From Octopus sinensis (Eukaryota), in assembly GCF_006345805.1 (NCBI RefSeq), contig NC_043011.1, positions 13,900,464-13,964,463 on the forward strand: 64,000 bases of DNA, written 5' to 3'. The notes beneath the pieces were generated by a model. The model did no database searches and was not told the DNA's origin. It saw only the letters and a list, made by a program, of their open reading frames with translations. Both the position numbers and the translations under genes were made by a program. The first letter of the stretch is position 1, and every line of letters starts with the position of its first letter. Of the stretch, positions 1-12,344 are shown in pieces.

Positions 1-83
1 TTTCTGTGGTGCACCGATACTTATCGATATTGGGCGTTTCAATTAACAGATCAAAAAGGCATATTTTTTCTTTGTATTTCCAG

Positions 84-227
84 GAAGAATATAAAAATGC
101 TATTTTTAACAATTTATGGCATAAAAAACTTGAATTTCCTGGCGGAGAAACCATTGTAATGCACAATCCTAATGTGATAGTTCATTTCCAGACTTCCTCT
201 CAACCAGATGAGTGGGGCACTATAAAT
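84..227 (+). CDS. SEC23IP: SEC23IP/DDHD2-like phospholipase, internal exon (EEYKNAIFNNLWHKKLEFPGGETIVMHNPNVIVHFQTSSQPDEWGTIN)
   Basis: tttccag acceptor, gtatgt donor, 144 nt, phase 0/0. Peptide closely matches the vertebrate SEC23IP segment EEYKKAV..WHRRLEFPSGETIVMHNPKVIVQFQPSSVPDEWGT. Confidence 0.93.
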
Positions 228-1471
228 GTATGTATAACCTCACCTTCCTTTTTATCTTTCATTTCTATTTCAACTGCATCTTACTTTATATATTTCCTAT
301 AATGTAATATTGTTGTCTGTGTGTTTCATAGACATTTAGAAATCTGTAATTTTTGACACAGTTATTGAATTTAATTGTCACTATTCATATATTTTTGTTA
401 ATGTTTGAAAATCCATGACTGCCAAAAGAAGAGAGGAGAGTGTAGAATTTATTTGACTTTTTAGGTTATGTTTTATGCTTTAGTTTATTTCCACTTCCAG
501 TTGTCCCCGTCTAATGAATCCCAATATGCCGGGCTACAGGTATGTTCGGCACTTGCAGCTTCTCTTGGCCTTGCTAGGTGTCATTTTTCTCCCACTTAAA
601 TTCAAAATATATATATATATATATATCAGTTGTGTGTGTTTGTGTGTATTCATGTGTGTACTTGTGATACCACAAGTATTTTCCCTTTAATTTGTGCCAC
701 TAACCTAGACTTACACTCTTTTCTAATTAATGGAGATATAAACCCTCGTTAGCTGTCAATTCTATTTGATGTTGCTATTGTTTCTGTTAATTAGATTTAT
801 CACTTTAACCAAAAATCTGACATAACCACATGTAAACTTTTGTAAGTTTTCCTTAAATATTTATTAAATGATAGCAATATTAGAAATAATTAGGTAAATT
901 AATTCTTAATCATATTACTTTCATTATCTGCTATTCATTTATAATTAGTTGTCTAATAGAAGGGATTCAGAAATGCAATAAAATTACTGTAGTGAAATAG
1001 CTAAATCTTTTTTTATAAATGGTACTACTAAGGTATTTGCTTTAACTTGTATTTTTCTTATTCAGATCATGTTCATACTAGTTATATTCCTAATATAGTG
1101 AGTGTCAATAGATTTGGTATTTCTCTAAATGAATTCTTGGTGAATATTATGTGAAAGAATCTTTTATAAGAACCATTTAACTTTGATATGTAATGAGATG
1201 AAATATTTAAGGATATTTTACCAGAACTTAGACAATGGTACAGTTGTAAGAGTATTGGACTAAATATCTTTTAGTATTTGTTCTAGTTCTTTGTATTCTG
1301 AGTTCAAATCCTGCCAAAGTCAGTTTTGCCTGCCATCCTTTTGGGTTACTGAAGTACATATGAAGAACTTGGATTGATTCAATTCCTTCAAAATTGCTGG
1401 TTTTGTGTCTAAATTAGAAATTATTATTATCTTAGACAAGTAGCTAAATTAAAAGAAAATTAGACAATCAG

Positions 1472-1830
1472 GCACAGGAGTGGCTGTGTGGTAAGAAGCT
1501 TGCTTACCAACCACATGGTTCCGGGTTCAGTCTCACTGTATAGCACCTTGGGCAAGCGTCTTCTACTATAGCTTTGGACTGACCAAACCCTTGTGGGCGG
1601 ATTTGGTAGATGGAAACTGAAAGAAGCCCATCATATATATGTGTGTGTGTGTGTGTATTTGTGTCTGTGTTTGTCGCCCCACCATCGCCTGGTGTGTTTA
1701 TATCCCTGTAACTTAGCAGTTCAGCAAAAGAAACCAATAGAATAAGTACTAGGCTTACAAAGAATAAGTCTTGAGGTCAATTTATTTGACTAAAAGGTGG
1801 TGCTTCAGCATGGCCACAATCAAAAGAGAA
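1472..1830 (+). mobile_element. tRNA-derived SINE family A (further copies near 26618-26995, 35105-35250, 36260-36640, 44068-44230, 59903-60290, 62240-62640 minus)
   Basis: Head ggagtggctgtgtggtaagaagcttgct..gggttcagtcccact (A/B-box-like), internal (TA)n(TG)n, tail ggtgctccagcatggccgcagtcaaatgactgaaac. Many near-identical copies in the window. Confidence 0.85.
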
Positions 1831-4800
1831 ATCAGAATTATTTCACTGAAACTCTGTTTTTGAATTAGTTTCTAGTTGTAAGGATTTGTTCATCTCAACC
1901 TAACTTCAAGTATTTCCTATATTGACTTATTATGGAAATGAAATTCGTAACCATACTGAATGAATCCTCTCCTAATTGGATTGAATATACTTGTGGTATT
2001 AATTGCAAATTGACACTTTTAATTCCTATAAAACTCTAATAGTGGCTTCACTTATATTGAAAATAATTGTTATTTCATCATTTAGATCATGCATTCTTCT
2101 TACTTTGTAGAGAGTTTGTTTTGAGTGGGGATTTTTGTGTGTTATTTCAGTGATATTGTTCATTTTCTTTGTGCCTAAATAAACAAATATGATTTAACAC
2201 AACAAAGTTTATAAATTAGTAAATTCCACAAATATAAGCATATTTAGCTTCTTTAATCTTTTTGGTGAAGGAATGCTTTACTAAAATTCCAAACCAAACT
2301 GAGAGACTGTGACCAGTTAAACTGAACCTGACTTTCAGTTTCTTTAGAACTATTAGTTATCTAATATTAACGAGTCATCTATTTGATCACATGCCTCAGT
2401 TATATAGGACCAGAGAAAATTGCAACCTTAATTATAAAAGCAATGAATGTATTAGATTAAGTACTTCTTTGGTTGTTAAGATACTCTTACTCGCTACCAT
2501 CATCATCATGAAAATGGCATAAGTGAGACAGTTCAAAATAGTTTCATTTGACATTTTTACAAATGTTTAAATATTGATGAAAGATATTTCCAGTTCTACA
2601 ACTAAAATAATATGTCCTGTATTTATGGATAGATGTCTTGATTTTGTACCAATTGAATATTTATTAAATACTGTAAAATATTAGTAGAGTGGCATTTTAT
2701 TGCAATTGGAAACATCTAGAGTATTGATTAGGGGTTGTTTAGAATCTTGAAGAAATAATCAGCCTAGAGAATACTGTTAATATGGGAAAAGTTCAGTAAA
2801 GTTTTACCATCGTTTCATAAATTTACTTCAACCTCTGATAGATTTGTAACTGATGAGATACAATTAGACTTTGCAAATTGCCCTTTGTTCAGATTTAGTG
2901 GCTGTCTGTCTGTGTCATTCATCAAATATTGATAGTTGTATGTTTAAGGTAGTTTCTCTAGAAGTGATTCCAAGTCTTATATCTGTTGAGTCATACTAAA
3001 GTGTTTTACAGACATTGTGTTTCAAAAAGAGTTAAATATTTTCTTCTTGAATTATTGTTTTTTTTAGTACTGAAATCTCAAACTTTTCTTTTACATTTGT
3101 TGCTGTTTTATACCCAAATTTCTTTCTTTTGCATGACTATGTATTAGAATGATTGTGTTTCTATATCCTTTTCTTTCTTTGACCAGAGAGAATTCAGTTT
3201 CATTTCATTTTAATATTCTTTGCATGGCATTTTATTTTGCTTATCCTATACATTCATAAGTAGATTTTTTCATAAACATCAGTTTCATCAAACTTAAACA
3301 TTTTCTATAAACATATCCTTCATTATTCATGTCAATTTTGTAACATGTTCATGGTTAACATATTTCCCCTCCACTTTAAATTATATATACCATTTGAAAT
3401 TTAAATAATTTGCAACTCTTTGCAGCTAGCTATGCTTTATACTCTGTTACTATTTTAAAGTTGTTTTTTTTTTCTTGCAACTCATAACGAGCTTTTGTAT
3501 TTTCACACATTATTTCTGTTAGGTTTAAATTACCATTTTCTAAAGTCCTTATTTAAAAGAGAATTAAGACGTTTTCATATAAAACTGAAGTTATTTAAAA
3601 GTAGCTTTTACTGCTGTTTAGTTACATTGCACCTTACTAAATGAACAATAACATAAAATCTATATTTACTTTTACTACATTCTATAAACTTTGCTTGTCA
3701 GTGATTTTACTACCCATTATTATATTTCCTAAAAGTCTTTCTAATCTTATAGCTTTTACCTTCAAGGTCCTTTCAATCAAGTTGTAGTAAATTAAATTTT
3801 TATCCTTTACCTTTCAAACTCTATCGATATATCTAATAGAACTACAGATGAGATGGTAATCACTCTGAATATTTTACACCACAAGTTCTTATGTGTATTT
3901 CTATTTATAGTCTGGAGTTTCATATTAATTTTTCTCCTTTTTACCGCTTCACCTAAGATACATTCACACCTCCAGGCATGCTTTAACTGGTTATATATCC
4001 AACTTTCATTAAAATAGCACATAATACTTTCCCTTAAACTTTACCTATTTATGTTGGCTGCTATTACAAACTTTATTTTTGCTCCCATTTCATGTAAAAA
4101 TCTTTTATATTCAATAAACATTGATTTCATAAATATCAGTATTTAATAGTAAATACAAACCTAATTTATATATTATTTTGTTTTCTTATTTTGGTTTTGT
4201 TATTGCCTTAAGATTGTAAAATCAAGCTATTTATGTTAGACCAAAATTAATTTCTTTTTAACTATACAACATTTAACTCACTCTGTTCACTTAAAATGAT
4301 TAAGTATGAAAAATAATTTGTAACATTTGGTAATTGCTGAATATTTCCTTAAGACATATTATTTCAGAAAAGATAGTTATTATTCTAGCCTAAAATTCCC
4401 ATATATATATATATATATATATATAAAATCCTTATCAAAAGTCTGAATGCAATTTGGTATTTTTCTAAATATGTTTTTGATGAAGATAAAAACTAATTCT
4501 CTGTTCCATATTTGCAAGTAACTGTTTTTATATATATATTATATAGACAAGTTCATATTTTATCCAAAAAATCTAAGGAACAGTAGGGGTAGAATATTGG
4601 CTACAGTTGTTTCTTAACTCACTGACGTTCAGTTCTGTAAGTCATTATGCAATGAACGCTCCTCACCATAGCTAGTCTTCAGGCCAAGACACTTCAATGA
4701 AGTTTACTTCCTGCATCAGTGTAAACTTCATTGAGGTGACTCAGCCTCAAGACTAGATATACTGAGGAGTGTTTGTTTTGTAATGACCTACATAATGAAA

Positions 4801-5375
4801 TGTTGGTGAGTTATGAAAAATTGTAGCCAATATTTTACCTCTATTACTCCTTATATTTTGGGTTTTTTATTCACATTGTTAGCAGCATTAGTCACTAAAC
4901 CATGAATTGTATAGAAACAACCAGCTTATCAATTTCTCTAAACTTTGATATGGGAAAGTGTAACCTACAATACTAGTAAATGTTATCATATACTGTCCAG
5001 TTTTTGTTATCTATACTAGGTGCCTATTGCTTGAAGTTAACTAACTTTGGATCCCTGGATCATACTTGACTACTGTTATGTGTGGGCGAGTATGTATGTA
5101 TGTATGCATGCTTAGTGAGTGGAATAGACTCAGTGCACAGCCTTTCCTCACTTTAAAAAAAATCTTCTTGCACAGGCATTGCACGATAACAACATTGTTC
5201 ATGATTGTTGATAGTGCTGTGAGTCTCAACTGAATGGCTGGCTGTAGCCTTAAAAAGCAAATAAAATTCACATTTGATCACAGCACTAATAACAGTTAAG
5301 CCTCGTGCAATGGCCATACTCGATAACAAGGGGGCAGCCATCATGTATGTATGTATGTATATATATATATATATG

Positions 5376-5650
5376 TGAAGGTGCATGACTCAGTGGTTAG
5401 AGCATCGAACTTACGATCGTGAGGTTGTGAGCTGCATGTTGTGTTTGTGAGCAAGACACTTTATTTCACGTTGCTCCAGTTCACTCAGCTGTAGAAATGA
5501 GTTGCGACATCACAGGTGCCAAGCTGTATCGACCCCTTTGCCTTTCCCTTGGATAACACTGGTGGCGTGGAGAGGGGAGGCCGGTATGCATGGGCAACTG
5601 CTGGTCTTCCATAAACAACCTTGCCCAGACTTGTGCTTGGGAGGGTAACT
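5376..5650 (+). mobile_element. tRNA-derived SINE (related tRNA-headed SINEs at 19340-19635 and 56955-57270)
   Basis: tcagtggttagagca A-box-like head, sits between (TA)n microsatellites. Confidence 0.65.
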
Positions 5651-5688
<38 letters not shown>

Positions 5689-5869
5689 ATATATCTCCAA
5701 CCTTTCTGGCACTGCAATATATATCAATTTTTTATGAATTTATGGAATTGTCATCTGAAAAAGTGTTGAAATTCTTGTTTTTTGTGGCAGTGGACTCGTG
5801 TTCAGGAAGGTATCAACACAACTAGATGTATCTGCTGCTGCTGTCAAGATAGCCTTGTTTCAACTTCGT

Positions 5870-6792
5870 CAGACAAGTGGATATAAACCACCTGGTAGAT
5901 CAGGCAAACCTTATGACATGAGTCATCATCTTTGCATTGCATCTCCTTTTTTCATCTGGCAGTGACAGACAAACACAATTTTCAACAACAATAAACTACA
6001 TCACTGAAACAACAAGATATCAATTTTAGAAAGACTTCAATCTTGTTGCAAGACTTCTCACAAAACAACATGCAGGATTGCTTACCATTTTGTAAGAATC
6101 ATAAAAATTGCTTTAAAGAGGGTTAACTTAGTCGTATTCAATGACAAAACGCCCATTAAGCAATTTGCTTCTAGTAGTGGTTTTATTTGCTGTCTATCAA
6201 ACTCGAGGTACATTCCCAAATATATACTTACAAGAGTCTAGTAGTGTCTTTCCATTCTGATATTGGCAGGGGTGTTTTTTCTGCAAAAGAAAAATTTTGT
6301 ATCTGGAAATGTCTTTGGTACAATTATAAATTCTAAAATGTACTTGATACTTTGAAAAAGTTTCCAACTCATAAGATTGTCCATAATAGCACTATATTTC
6401 AGTGTGAGGGTACTCTATTATTCTGCAAAGTGTATGGAAGACTGGCTTAGCGCTAATAATATTAATCTATTTGGATCATTTGCTGATAGCAACCCCCATA
6501 GAAAATGCATGATATCCTATAGAAAGAAAATTGTAGCTAAATAAATTTTGGATATAAAAGAAAAGCTACTGCAGGTTTGGACACAGGAGACAACACCAGT
6601 TTGCTACAAAAATTTTGTTGAAAGCATGCCTGATTGCATTGGTGCTTTATTAGCAGCAAAGCAGGTATCACACCATTTCCACTTTCACAAATCTTTGTCA
6701 TCTTATCTGATTATTAGAAAATACATTCTATCTGCATCATAAGTTATAATATAAACATTATTTGTATCATTGTATTCAGACTTTTGACCAGG
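5870..6792 (+). mobile_element. Degenerate Tc1/mariner transposon remnant
   Basis: Remnant peptide W....CYKNFVESMPDCIGALLAAK matches the Tc1 C-terminal W..I....LV.SMP.R...V..A.G motif. Tc1-like end ttcagacttttgacc. Confidence 0.55.
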
Positions 6793-9098
6793 AATAAATA
6801 TGTATATATATATATATATATAAACAACTGTGATTTTATTACTTTTATTTTATGAGAATATATAAGTCTAATATAATGTTAATTTTGTTTCTTTCAAGAG
6901 TGTCTACTCCCTTCCGGTGAGTGCATTTCATCTGTTTGTTCAATTGTGTGAATACTGTTTGGAACTTTATATGTTTTCCTTTTGAATTTTAATCACCCTT
7001 TAGTTTAGCATGGTGTCAACTTTAAAAGAAAAAAAACAATCCCTTCAGTTAGGTTTTTTTCATTTAATAGAATTAAGAATAAAATATGTTCTTGGAATTT
7101 TGAGTTGGTATGCATTTCTTCAACTGAGATAATGTGACTAACCTGACGCATTATTCCTATCCTGTTAGTCTAGATGTGGTTTCAGTAGCTTTAGGCCTTC
7201 TTTGGAATGACAAGTAAGACAAAAATCACTGTAAAAATGTATATAACATATCTTTGTGTCTGTGTGCAGTATGAAATTTAATTGGTGGTAAAAATTTTTA
7301 AACTGGCTTATACTGAGAGGAAGCTATCATTACACTCACTGTAAGAGACAGTAATTACTAATAAAATGAGAGTAACCAACACAAGACCTGTTTCTTGTAA
7401 ACAATGAGAAACATAATGCAAATTCATAATTTCTTTTCCTAATCTATGATTGTAAGGCAGTTAGGTGTAATTGTCTTGACCAATATTTAGACATGAACTA
7501 TCGATGCTTCACAAAGAATGATGCTACTCTTTCCCGGATGATAGTTTTCCGCATCCTCATTCGTCATTTTACTGATGGCTTCTTATGATTACAATATTAT
7601 GTTCATCTCTGTATAAGCTGAGTCATCTCCATCTGAAACTCATCAGTCCATTTTATGTTGATGTTTTCCTCAAATATAAGATTAATCTTTTATTATATAT
7701 TTACCTAAGAGTCTTTCTTATTACCTCTCTCTAACCTTTCTTACAAAGTTACTGTCTACAATTTAGCAAACAAAATTAACCCTATTAAACTCGTTTTATT
7801 ATCTAACTATTGTACTCCAGGCTACATCACAGTTTATGCACAGAAATAGTGCATAAAACAATTAACTGTATATAAAAAAACCCTAAAAAGCTTTCTCTGT
7901 TCATAGGTAATATGATGCAATTGATGTTGTTTGCATTATGTGAACTTAATCATAATTCTAATTGATCACTCACAAACATCAATAACTGGGTAATTTAGCT
8001 TACATTAGCCAATGCAAGTATCTTTAAAGCAAGAATTTTTCCAAACCCTTCATATCTTGTGTATAAAGTTCAGCAGAAAATATAATTTAGCTATAATATA
8101 ATATAAACCATGTGTTCTTCTGTTTCATTTTAAATGTTCCTTCATACTTTATTTAGTATTTATTCTTAAACCCTTTTGTTACCAACCTGGCTCTAAGTAT
8201 AAATGTCTAATTTTCATAAGTTTTGAACTAAAATCTTCCACCAAACCTTAGACACAATTTATGTTCATAATACTAGCTTAATGATAACTAAGTTATTTTA
8301 CTAAATTCTTTGTTATATTTAAAATAATTGAAAGAAACACAGAGCATGTCAAAAAACATACAGTAATGAAAGGGTTAATAGTCAAAATACTTCTAAACGT
8401 TCCAAGAACATATGATTTTCCTTCAACATCAAAGCACCATTATAAGAGGGTATTTAGAAAGACAAGCATGTATAATTATTATCGTTAATTAATGCTTCAA
8501 TTTTCCAAATAATTGATCAGAATATTTTGTAGTCATTCAAACATTTTAATTATGTTTTGGCCAAGAATATATTTTTTTCTTTTGATATTGTTTACTTTTG
8601 ACAAAGATGAAATTTTAAAAGTAATATTTTCCAGAACCAAATATTTAACTCTCAAAATTTTGGTATTCATAGAAAAATTATCTTAATGTATAAAATGAAG
8701 CTCTCTAAATACTGTCTATTTTTACCTGACTAGCAGACATAGAAGCACATTTTTTTTTGTTAAATTTGTTTCGTACCAGTTATGCTTTCATGTCCGCTCT
8801 GGTATCAATCTTCATGTTTTGTGCAAGTGTTTGAGTGTCTGTATGTCTTTTGTAAATATCTACAGTTGCTAAACTAAACTCGAAGGTTCACAATTGGCAA
8901 TGTATGCCCCTAAACTATTATGACCTAACAAATAAATGATTTTTTTTAACATTTTCAGTTGTCCTCCCTTTATTATTGGTTATGAATATTTTACTATACT
9001 AACAACAATAGCAAATTCTTAACTTACCATTATTCCACTTCCATCTTCTACAACTATAGTCTACTTTTTAGCATTTACAATTATCTATTGGAATTTAT

Positions 9099-9516
9099 GG
9101 ATCTTTTCAGTTTGAACGGCAGTTTTTTCTGGTGGTGTCATCTGAAATTGTCACCCATAATTATGACCCTAGTATCAATCTATTGCATTTTAATCTGTTT
9201 TAGGGTTAGGGTTAGAGGTGTGGGGAAGAGTATCTTTTTTTTTTCTTCAGAATGTAAATAAACCCAATCTGTTTCTTAAACAAGGGACATATTCATATGG
9301 CACAGAATGTTTTCACCTCAATAGATGTCATTGATTGGTTGAAATTGCCGAAATGCAAGAAATTAAAAACCAAATATCTTACAAACTATAGAATTTTCTC
9401 TATAAAACCAAGAGAAAAAGATGTTTTATAAACACATTCTACCAGTATACGAAGTTTAAAATTTTTTAGTTACGTAGAAATTATGTTAAAAACTGCTGTT
9501 CAAACCGAAAAGATCT
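9099..9516. mobile_element. Non-autonomous DNA transposon (MITE), about 415 bp, second copy at 40209-40621
   Basis: TIR ggatcttttc.gtttgaacggcagtttt / aaaactgc.gttcaaaccgaaaagatc. Two highly similar copies. Confidence 0.8.
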
Positions 9517-9723
9517 GAATTTATAATGTATCTATTCATTCTTAGTGTGTACTGGTAGATTTGATCATGACTATCTCACCACCTTTGTTTTTTGTTGATG
9601 AAGAACATCTTCTCCCTTTTAGATAATGTGTGTTCGGTGACACATGCAAGTCATCGGTATGAAGGGATTTTGAGACTGTGGTGTTTCAACTCATTGTATG
9701 TCACTTTGGTCAAAGCTTTCCTG

Positions 9724-10035
9724 TGTGGAGGCACATGGCCTAGTGGTTAGAGCATCGGACTCATGGTCGAGGGATCGTGGGTTCAAATCGCAGACTGGGA
9801 GATGTGTGTGTTTATGAGCGAAACACCTAAGCTCCACGCGGTTCTGGCAGAAGGTAATGGTGAAACTTCTGCTGATTCTTTCGCCACAACTTTCACTCAC
9901 TCTTTTCCTACTGCATCTTGCAGCTCACCTGTGACAGACCGGCGTCCTGTCCAGGTGGGGAACCTATACGCCAAGAAACCGGGAAACCGGCCCTTATGAG
10001 CCAGGCATGGCTTGAGAAGGAACAAGCAACAAAAA
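9724..10035 (+). mobile_element. tRNA-derived SINE family D with TSD aaagctttcctgt
   Basis: tggcctagtggttagagc A-box, ggttcaaatc B-box, A-rich tail, flanking 13-bp direct repeat. Confidence 0.88.
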
Positions 10036-10214
10036 AAGCTTTCCTGTCAAACCAACGTATCAGGCAACAGCATGGACTCTTGTTTACAACAACCAGCTAA
10101 CAAATTATTTGCTGATGCCAAAGAGATTATAATTTATGGGGTACACTCAGAACAGCAGTCAAACATTTACTTATTTTGCTTTTAATTATTCCATAATTAT
10201 CCATTCTGGAGCAG

Positions 10215-11630
10215 GCAGGTGCTCTGGAGCACTGACCTCCGAAAATCTGCAGAAAACAACTTCTGTCACTTTCCGGGGGGAAAAACTAGAAGTAGTTGAT
10301 AGTTTCCGCTATCTAGGTGACCAAGTCAGTAGTGGGGGTGGGTGCGCTGAAAGTGTAACTGCTAGAATAAGAATAGCCTGGGCAAAGTTTAGGGAGCTCT
10401 TACCTCTGCTGGTGACTAAAGGCCTCTCGCTCAGAGTAAAAGGCAGACTGTATGATGCATGTGTACGAACAGCTATGCTACATGGCAGTGAAACATGGGC
10501 CGTGACTGCTGAGGACATGCGTAAGCTCGTGAGGAACGAAGCCAGTATGCTCCGATGGATGTGTAATGTCAGTGTACTTACTCGACAGAGCGTTAGTACC
10601 TTGAGAGAAATGTTGTACCTAAGAAGCATCAGTTGTTGTGTGCAAGAGAGACGATTGCGCTGGTATGGTCATGTGGCGAGAATGGATGAAGAGAGGTGTG
10701 TGAGAAAGTGCCAATCCCTAGCAGTTGAGGGAACCCGTGGAAGAGGTAGACCCAGGAAAACCTGGGACGAGGTGGTGAAGCACGACCTTCGGACGTTAGG
10801 TCTCACCATGGAAATGACTAGAGACCGAGACCTATGGAAGTATGCTGTGCGTGAGAAGACCCGGCAAGACTAGTGAAGCCATAATCCGTGGCCCCTACCT
10901 GGGACGTAGTCAGTCCACCTGTGCATACCTTCCTTCTTGTGACACTTGTGAAGACCTGTTGAGGCAAGTGAGAATCGAATCGAATCGTATCAAATCAAAT
11001 CGAACCAAATCAAAATAGATGAACATCAATGGAATTTGTATCCTTGTGGTACCAGTGCCGGTGGCACATAAGAAAACCATCCGAACGTGACCGTAGCCAG
11101 TACCGCAATGACTGGCCTCCGTGCTGAGGGCACGTAACAAACACCATCCGAGCGTGGCCGTCCGCCAGCCTCGTCTAGCACCTGTGTCGGTGACACATAA
11201 GAAAACACCATCCGAGCGTGGCCGTCTGCCAGCCTCGTCTGGCACCTGTGTCGGTGGCACATAAAAAACACCATCCGAGCGTGGCCGTCTGCCAGCCTCG
11301 TCTGGCACCTGTGTCGGTGGCACATAAAAAAAACACCATCCGAGCGTGGCCGTCTGCCAGCCTCGTCTGGCACCTGTGTCGGTGGCACATAAAAAACACC
11401 ATCCGAGCGTGGCCGTCTGCCAGCCTCGTCTGGCACCTGTGTCGGTGGCACATAAAATCACCCACTACACTCTCGGAGTGGTTGGCGTTAGGAAGGGCAT
11501 CCAGCTGTAGAAACACTGCCACATCTGACTGGCCTGGTGCAGCCTTCGGGCTTCCCAGACCCCAGTTGAACCGTCCAACCCATGCTAGCATGGAAAGCGG
11601 ACGTTAAACGATGATGATGATGATGATGAT
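10215..11630 (+). mobile_element. 5'-truncated RTE-clade LINE: RT C-terminal ORF, 3' UTR with 60-bp VNTR, (GAT)n tail
   Basis: LEVVDSFRYLG, LHGSETW, RLRWYGHVARM, RGRGRPRKTW RTE motifs. Tail atgatgatg at 11611-11630. Confidence 0.92.
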
Positions 11631-12344
11631 GTGTTTGGGTCATTGGACCTTATGGATTTATAAGAATGATCAAGTGGTTTTATTTTATTCATGTTGGCTT
11701 TTCTTTAGTCAGTGGGGTCATAAATACTGCTCATGGAGCATTGTAGGAATTTTTAGTGAGGTCAATATCAGTTCAGTGGTGAAGGGCAGGCATTATTCAG
11801 AGCCTTTTTTTTTGTCTTTTGCAAGGTTCACTTATTTCTGTGCTTTTGAAATAAAATCAAGCTAAATTCTTACGTTTGTGCTCCAGGGTACTTTTGACAC
11901 TGTTGGTATATTGTTGTTTGGCCTTGAATTTTCACATGTCCGTTGCTGCATTATCTAATGGGTAATGTTAGTGTGTTTCTGCATTATCTTGTGGGTCATG
12001 TTAATATGTAGAAGGGCTTTCTCCCCCCCCATTTTTTTTACCCTTAAATGTAGGCACGTTATGCCTTTCATTTAATACAACATTTTTAGCAGATTATGAA
12101 GGGATTTTGAGACTGTGGTGTTTCAACTAATTGTATGTCACTTTGGTCAAAGCTTTCCTGTGTGGAGGCACATGGCCTAGTGGTTAGAGCAGCGGACTCA
12201 CGGTCAAGGGATCGCGGGTTTGAATCTCAGACTGGGCGATGTGTGTTTATGAGCATTCAGACCTCAGATCTCAGCAGGAGGTTATGATTTCATGGCCCAC
12301 CAAAAACCCTCTAAAACTCCCGTGATGAATAATAATAATTATAA

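Noticed and set aside
8780-8840. AG/GT-bounded segment in intron 1
   Set aside because: Possible lengths of 22 or 61 nt break the frame, and there is no supporting peptide similarity
9141-9160. ttagggttagggttag telomere-like motif nearby (9199-9215)
   Set aside because: Only about 2.5 units and internal to a MITE, with a diverged version in the second copy
9724-9800. tRNA-like sequence
   Set aside because: Head of a SINE with body, tail and TSD, with no complete cloverleaf. The same applies to the other A/B-box heads
10136-10873. 245-aa ORF as a host gene
   Set aside because: Truncated RTE reverse transcriptase C-terminus whose ATG comes from flanking intron DNA
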